In this document: positions 59,088 through 64,000 of the stretch, one piece after another | Layout of the letters: each line of letters opens with the position of its first letter | Numbering within the stretch: position 1 is the first letter of the stretch | Assembly: GCA_964588955.1 (NCBI GenBank) | Contig: CAZPQJ010000004.1 | Span: forward strand, 5,677 to 69,676 | DNA from: an uncultured Gammaproteobacteria bacterium | GTDB lineage: Bacteria; Patescibacteriota; Patescibacteriia; UBA9934; CAMTUG01 | Reading direction: 5' to 3' | Length of the DNA: 64,000 nt | Program-made: the position numbers and the translations under genes | Notes under the pieces: generated by a model | The model's database searches: none | Seen by the model: the letters and a program-made list of their open reading frames with translations, nothing else | Told to the model about the DNA's origin: nothing

Positions 59088-59885
59088 TCAAGTTAAAGTG
59101 ATCTGTTCAAAGTTCAGGGACGAGCCGAAAAATGCTGTACCGAGACGTGAAACTTCGACCGCGTCGCCAGTGGTGAGAAACATTCTTGTCCCCCCGGCCG
59201 ACAACTGAACGACGATCTCTGGATGGCGTTCAAGATAGGAACCTAAAGAGCCAGCAACGATCTCGCTTTGCTCGTACAATCTTACCCCATTTGGCAGCAT
59301 TTCGCCAATCATTCCGGCGATGAGGGCGTAATGCGTGCAACCTAGCAGCACCGCGTGGATACTCTCGTGTTGTGCAAACAAACCATCTAAATACTCACGA
59401 ACAGCAGTACGAAGTTCCTCTTCCGACGCGCCCACCTCGATGAGCGGTACCAACTTTGGACAGGCTTGTTGCACGATCATCGCCTTGGGAGCCCTCTGTG
59501 CCGCCTCATACACATACGCTTGCGACCGCACCGTCGCCTCGGTCGCGAGAATCCCAACAACCTCGTCGCCAAAGCGCTCCACGGTTGGCACCAAAATTCC
59601 GAGCACACGTCGATCCGGATACTTCACCGGCAATACCTCTTGCTGAATCCGCCGCAAGGCATTGGCCGACGACGTGTTACACGCCAAAATCACCAACGGA
59701 CAGCCGCGGCGAAACAGTTCCTCAACCCCTTGGCAAGTAAATTGAAAAATCTCTTCCGCACTCCTCGACCCGTACGGCACGCGAGCGTTGTCGCCGAGAT
59801 ACACATAGTCATACTTGGGCAACACTTCAGTCAACGTTTTCAAAATCGTCAGTCCCCCAAATCCCGAATCAAACACGCCGATCAT
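59088..59885 (-). CDS. murI: glutamate racemase
   Basis: 265 aa; VFDSGFGGLT and the two catalytic Cys regions (ACNTSS, GCTHY). Confidence 0.9.
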   Translation of the reverse strand: MIGVFDSGFGGLTILKTLTEVLPKYDYVYLGDNARVPYGSRSAEEIFQFTCQGVEELFRRGCPLVILACNTSSANALRRIQQEVLPVKYPDRRVLGILVPTVERFGDEVVGILATEATVRSQAYVYEAAQRAPKAMIVQQACPKLVPLIEVGASEEELRTAVREYLDGLFAQHESIHAVLLGCTHYALIAGMIGEMLPNGVRLYEQSEIVAGSLGSYLERHPEIVVQLSAGGTRMFLTTGDAVEVSRLGTAFFGSSLNFEQITLT

Positions 59886-60343
59886 AACGCTTTACGCAAA
59901 GCCTCCGCGTACGGTTGACGCGACTCTGGGGTGGATCGTTTTGCCGCCAATAACTGTTCGTGAAAATGATCGTCGGTAAATCGCGGAAACAAATGCAAAT
60001 GATAATGCCAAGCGTGCTGATCCCCCGCTGGCTCGTTGTTTTGCAACACGGTCACACCATCACAGCCGCGCGCCTGCTTCATCGCTACAGCAACACGCTG
60101 AGCAACTTCCCCAATCCGTGCGGCGTATTCCGTCGGCAAGTCATACAGATTCTCGAAGTGTTTGACCGGCACGATCAGCGGATGGCCTTCGTTTCCGGAA
60201 ACGGATCTGGAACTGACAAACCCCATCACCAAATCATCGCGATAAAAAATATCCGTCTGCCTAATCCACGTGTCGTCGTTCTCGACCCCGTCGACGGCGA
60301 GACAGATCGGACAAACATAATTTTCCGGAGCGTGATTGAACAT
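59882..60343 (-). CDS. HIT-family nucleotide-binding protein
   Basis: 153 aa; histidine-triad HYHLHLFPR. Confidence 0.8.
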   Translation of the reverse strand: MFNHAPENYVCPICLAVDGVENDDTWIRQTDIFYRDDLVMGFVSSRSVSGNEGHPLIVPVKHFENLYDLPTEYAARIGEVAQRVAVAMKQARGCDGVTVLQNNEPAGDQHAWHYHLHLFPRFTDDHFHEQLLAAKRSTPESRQPYAEALRKAL

Positions 60344-60345
60344 AA

Positions 60346-61683
60346 CTACACCGCTTGGATAAACGCCGTCAGCTCATCACGCTTGTTGTCCATCAACTCT
60401 TGCGACTTCGCTTCAATGATCAGTCGAATCAACGGCTCATTGTTGGATGGACGAACAATAAACCACCAGTCGCGCTGGAAGTCACAACGGACGCCGTCGA
60501 GCAGATTCATTGCCGAGGCCTGAGAACCATAAGTCTGTTTGATCGCCGCAAGAACGGCGGCTTTGTCTGTAACATGAAAGTTAATCTCTCCACTGTTGTG
60601 ATACTGCCGCAACGGACGCACCATCTCCGCGAACGTTTTTCCCGAAGCGCGCCACAGGCAAAGCATGCGCACAAACGCATGCTCGACCGCTTCCAAGTTT
60701 CCAAATTCGGAAAAGAAAAAATGGCTAGAGACTTCCCCACTGAAAGCGGCGCCCTGTTCAAACATCTTACGAATCATCAGTGTACGTCCGATCGCAGATT
60801 CGATCGTCTCGCCTCCAAGCTCCGTGATCGTATCTGTCGTTGTCCAGCTTTGATTCGGCGCAACAATGAACGTTGATCCCGGGAGCCGGGCGAGCACCTC
60901 TTTGGCAAACAACACAAACGCTAAATCGCCACGCAACGATTGCCCTTCATTGTCGATGAAAGCTACACGGTCGGAGTCGCCATCAAACGCCACGCCAAAG
61001 TCCGCACCTTGTTTGATCACCTCTGCTTTAATAGCATCGAGCGTTTCCTCTTTGGCCGGGTTGGCTTCATGGTTGGGAAAACGCGCGTCGGGTTCGGGAT
61101 ACAACTCAATCACTTCAAGTCCAAGTCGTTCAGCGAGCGGACGCATGGTCAAGGCACCCATCCCGTTGCCATAGTCAGCAACAATTTTTACTCCTTTGGC
61201 TGCTTCCGCAACTCCTGGCCAATCCAAACACGCATCAAGATAGGCATCGAGCACCGAGTCACTCTTAACCGTTCCACGCACAGATGCTTCTTGGTACTCC
61301 TCATCCATCCCTTTGCGAATATCGATGCCGCTGATTGGAAAACCCGTTTTATCGGCAAACTTCATGCCGTTGTACTCCGGCGGATTATGGGAAGCAGTAA
61401 TCATCAAGCCGGCGTCGACAGGTAACGTACGCACAGCAAAAGAATAAAGAGGAGTGGTGACCATGCCAATATCAACGACGTCAACACCAAGAGAAACGAT
61501 CCCGTCAATCGCCGCAGCAAGGAGTTCTGGACTCGTCGCGCGCATATCGCGACCGACCACAACGGTTTTGGCGCCCGTCTGTTTCACCAACACTTGTGCC
61601 GCTTTTCTCGCCACTTCCGGAGTCACCTGCTCTAGTAATCCGCGAATATCGTAAACACGAAAGATTTCCTCAATAATTTGCAT
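60346..61683 (-). CDS. alpha-D-phosphohexomutase (phosphomannomutase/phosphoglucomutase-like)
   Basis: Start taken at MQIIEEIFRVYDIRG (ATG at 61683); active-site TASHNP, metal-binding DGDSDR and sugar-binding GEVSSH loops. Confidence 0.8.
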   Translation of the reverse strand: MQIIEEIFRVYDIRGLLEQVTPEVARKAAQVLVKQTGAKTVVVGRDMRATSPELLAAAIDGIVSLGVDVVDIGMVTTPLYSFAVRTLPVDAGLMITASHNPPEYNGMKFADKTGFPISGIDIRKGMDEEYQEASVRGTVKSDSVLDAYLDACLDWPGVAEAAKGVKIVADYGNGMGALTMRPLAERLGLEVIELYPEPDARFPNHEANPAKEETLDAIKAEVIKQGADFGVAFDGDSDRVAFIDNEGQSLRGDLAFVLFAKEVLARLPGSTFIVAPNQSWTTTDTITELGGETIESAIGRTLMIRKMFEQGAAFSGEVSSHFFFSEFGNLEAVEHAFVRMLCLWRASGKTFAEMVRPLRQYHNSGEINFHVTDKAAVLAAIKQTYGSQASAMNLLDGVRCDFQRDWWFIVRPSNNEPLIRLIIEAKSQELMDNKRDELTAFIQAV

Positions 61684-61761
61684 AGTTTTTCCTTTGACTT
61701 CTCGTCTGTCCTGCCATATTATAGCTATATTGGAATTCAATCAAAACCTAACCTTTTTCCT

Positions 61762-62313
61762 ATGCCCATCATGCTGATTGTTCTTATTCTCGTCGCCTTA
61801 GTTGTGTTGTGGGCCGTGGGGACCTTTAATAAGCTCATTTCCCTCCGTAATCGCACCGACGAAGCCTGGTCAGATATCGAGGTGCAGATGAAACGCCGTT
61901 ACGATTTGATCCCCAACTTGGTCTCTTCGGTGAAGGGCTACGCCACCCACGAGTCCAGTGTGTTTGAGAACGTTACCAAAGCGCGCAGCCAGGCGATGCA
62001 AGCCCACACTCCGGCAGACCATGCCAAAGCGGAAAACATGCTGACCGAAACGGTCAAATCATTGTTCGCCGTTGCTGAAGCCTATCCGCAATTGCAAGCT
62101 CAACAAGGATTTTTACACTTGCAACAAGAGTTGGCTGATGCCGAAGACAAAATCCAAGCCGCCCGTCGTTTCTACAACGCCAATGTGCGCGACATCAACA
62201 CAGCCATGCAAGTGTTCCCCTCAAACTTGATCGCCGGCATGCTCAATTTTGGCAAACGCGATTTCTTTGACGCGCCAGACGCTGTGGAGATGGTACCCGA
62301 AGTAAAATTTTAA
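61762..62313 (+). CDS. lemA: LemA-family protein
   Basis: Start taken at MPIMLIVLIL (TM anchor); LemA-wide similarity; directly upstream of htpX, the usual pairing. Confidence 0.8.
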   Translation: MPIMLIVLILVALVVLWAVGTFNKLISLRNRTDEAWSDIEVQMKRRYDLIPNLVSSVKGYATHESSVFENVTKARSQAMQAHTPADHAKAENMLTETVKSLFAVAEAYPQLQAQQGFLHLQQELADAEDKIQAARRFYNANVRDINTAMQVFPSNLIAGMLNFGKRDFFDAPDAVEMVPEVKF

Positions 62314-62322
62314 CGACCGCGC

Positions 62323-63207
62323 ATGTACAACGCCATCGCTGCGAATAAACGCAAAACTTGGCTTTTCACCAGCATTTTCTGCGTGGTAATTTTAGCCATT
62401 GGCTGGTTCCTTGGGCACCAAACGGGCTCCGCAAGCCAAGGTATTATTTTGGCAACCATCATTGCCACAAGCATGTCGCTCGTAAGTTACTTTGATGGCG
62501 ACAAACTCGCTTTAGCAACAAGTGGTGCCAAGCAGATCAATAAAGATCAAGCGCCAGAACTTTGGCGGATGGCGGAAAATTTGTGCATCACCTCCGGCGT
62601 CCCCATGCCAAAGGTACACATCATTGAAGATGATGCCATGAACGCCTTCGCCACTGGACGCAATCCGGCGCACGCCAGCATCGCCGTCACTACCGGTCTG
62701 CTGCGCCGTTTAGAAAAAAAGGAATTGGAAGGAGTTCTTGCCCACGAACTGTCCCACGTGAAAAATTACGACATTCTCATCATGACCATGGTTATTGTGA
62801 TGGTCGGGGTGATTACCCTTCTTGCAGACTGGATGTTGCGTTCCACGCTATTTGGAAACCGTGATGATCGTGAAAACGGACAAGCGGGAACGATCCTCTT
62901 TGTGATTGGATTGGTGCTCTCTCTGCTTTCCCCACTGATTGCCGAGCTCATTAAGTTAGCAGTATCGCGCGAACGAGAATACTTGGCGGATGCGTCCGGC
63001 GCCCTCCTGACTCGCTATCCGGAAGGACTCGCATCGGCACTCGAAAAAATCCATGCCCATGGCCGGCCGCTTGCTCGAGCCAATCACGCGACAGCGCATT
63101 TGTTCATTGCCGAACCATTTGGCACCAAACAACGTTTAGCTTCGCTGTTCTCTACCCATCCACCTGTACAACAGCGCATTGACCGTCTGCGCTCCATGGG
63201 AATTTAG
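62323..63207 (+). CDS. htpX: M48 zinc metalloprotease HtpX
   Basis: 294 aa; HELSH zinc motif and TM helices. Confidence 0.9.
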   Translation: MYNAIAANKRKTWLFTSIFCVVILAIGWFLGHQTGSASQGIILATIIATSMSLVSYFDGDKLALATSGAKQINKDQAPELWRMAENLCITSGVPMPKVHIIEDDAMNAFATGRNPAHASIAVTTGLLRRLEKKELEGVLAHELSHVKNYDILIMTMVIVMVGVITLLADWMLRSTLFGNRDDRENGQAGTILFVIGLVLSLLSPLIAELIKLAVSREREYLADASGALLTRYPEGLASALEKIHAHGRPLARANHATAHLFIAEPFGTKQRLASLFSTHPPVQQRIDRLRSMGI

Positions 63208-63210
63208 TCT

Positions 63211-64000
63211 ATGCAAGAGATCATCAATAAATTTACCACTCATCTCAAAAACGTCCTCACCCGGGCGCTGACGTTTGTCGTGGAAAATCAGCTACCAGAA
63301 GTGCTGCCAGAGCATATGCTTTGGGCGCTCGCAACCCAAAAAGGCTCGATCGGAGCGGAACTGTTAGCCAAAGCGGGAGTGAAGGTGGAAGATGTGCGCC
63401 GCCAGATTGCGCAAGATACCGTGGCGGCTTTGGATCCACGCACGAACGTCCCTCTGCTTGCGGAAACTGCTCGACGGATGGTGGAGAAAGCAGTGCTCAC
63501 TGCCAATGTCTACGATCATCGCTATGTTGGCACGGAACATCTTCTCTCTGGCATGCTTCAAGCCGACGAAGGATCGATCGGGACGTTTTTTTTAGAGAAA
63601 GGGATCGATGTGGCGCGTCTGAAGCAGCAAGTGGACACGGTGCTCAAAAGCACCTCACGATTTCCGGATCTCACTGACCGCGTCAACACAGACCAACAAA
63701 CGACAGGAACAACACCCACCAACACATCCACAGCATCACGTAAGGAAGAAAAAGCGGATGACAAAAAAACTCCCGCCCTTGACTACTTTGCCTATGAGCT
63801 CACGAGCGCGGAGGCACAAAAATCGATCGACCCGGTGATTGGCCGCGAGCGCGAGATTGAACGCGTGTTGCAAATCCTCTGCCGACGTACGAAAAATAAT
63901 CCCATTTTGCTTGGTGAACCAGGCGTGGGGAAAACCGCTATCGTCGAAGGGCTAGCCAAAAAGATTCTCTCGGGCGAAGTGCCGCCGGAAATGCGCGGCA
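63211..64000 (+). CDS. clpC: Clp ATPase (ClpC/ClpB-type), N-terminal part; continues beyond the window
   Basis: Two Clp_N repeats, then the first AAA+ Walker A ([15 protein letters not shown]); not in the ORF track because no stop lies in the window. Confidence 0.8.
   Translation, partial: MQEIINKFTTHLKNVLTRALTFVVENQLPEVLPEHMLWALATQKGSIGAELLAKAGVKVEDVRRQIAQDTVAALDPRTNVPLLAETARRMVEKAVLTANVYDHRYVGTEHLLSGMLQADEGSIGTFFLEKGIDVARLKQQVDTVLKSTSRFPDLTDRVNTDQQTTGTTPTNTSTASRKEEKADDKKTPALDYFAYELTSAEAQKSIDPVIGREREIERVLQILCRRTKNNPILLGEPGVGKTAIVEGLAKKILSGEVPPEMRG

Overview
This 64-kb chromosomal window carries about 80 genes. Most are conserved housekeeping genes with roughly 50-55% GC (judged by eye). They include:
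- a uvrD/pcrA-family helicase;
- a glycolytic block on the minus strand (gap-pgk-[no tpiA]-eno-gpmI);
- tsf-rpsB, queA, rpmE-prfA-prmC, rplY, a SEDS rodA/ftsW-type gene and gyrB;
- the secE-nusG-rplK-rplA block;
- gatB, miaA, thrS, mutM and dnaE;
- pheT-pheS, rseP, murI, a HIT protein, a phosphohexomutase, lemA-htpX and the 5' end of clpC.

Short EF-Ts, extended tails on S2, L31 and L25, and the overall gene set suggest a small-genome, possibly Patescibacteria-like bacterium, but this is inference only.

Several compositionally distinct pieces are embedded in this backbone:
- Seven GC-rich (about 60%) orphan ORFs, each bracketed by its own promoter and hairpin terminators.
- A low-GC orphan gene (734 aa) carrying a putative transglutaminase-like Cys/His/Asp core.
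- An unusual deoxynucleotide-metabolism cluster placed where rplJL-rpoBC normally follows rplA. It holds a long-form DCD, a roughly 600-aa ThyX-like protein, dut, a tmk-like kinase and two paralogous membrane proteins.

The non-coding DNA is unusually structured:
- a promoter-to-terminator GC-rich ncRNA candidate upstream of rpmE;
- a small promoter/terminator RNA unit followed by a tRNA-like 3' fragment with encoded CCA;
- an 18-bp inverted repeat enclosing about 100 bp;
- a 26-nt GC-rich palindromic repeat present three times;
- arrays of ATTTCGN heptamer repeats (one inserted in-frame in pheT);
- several long operator-like palindromes.

No rRNA, no intact canonical tRNA, no CRISPR array and no integrase or transposase were recognised.
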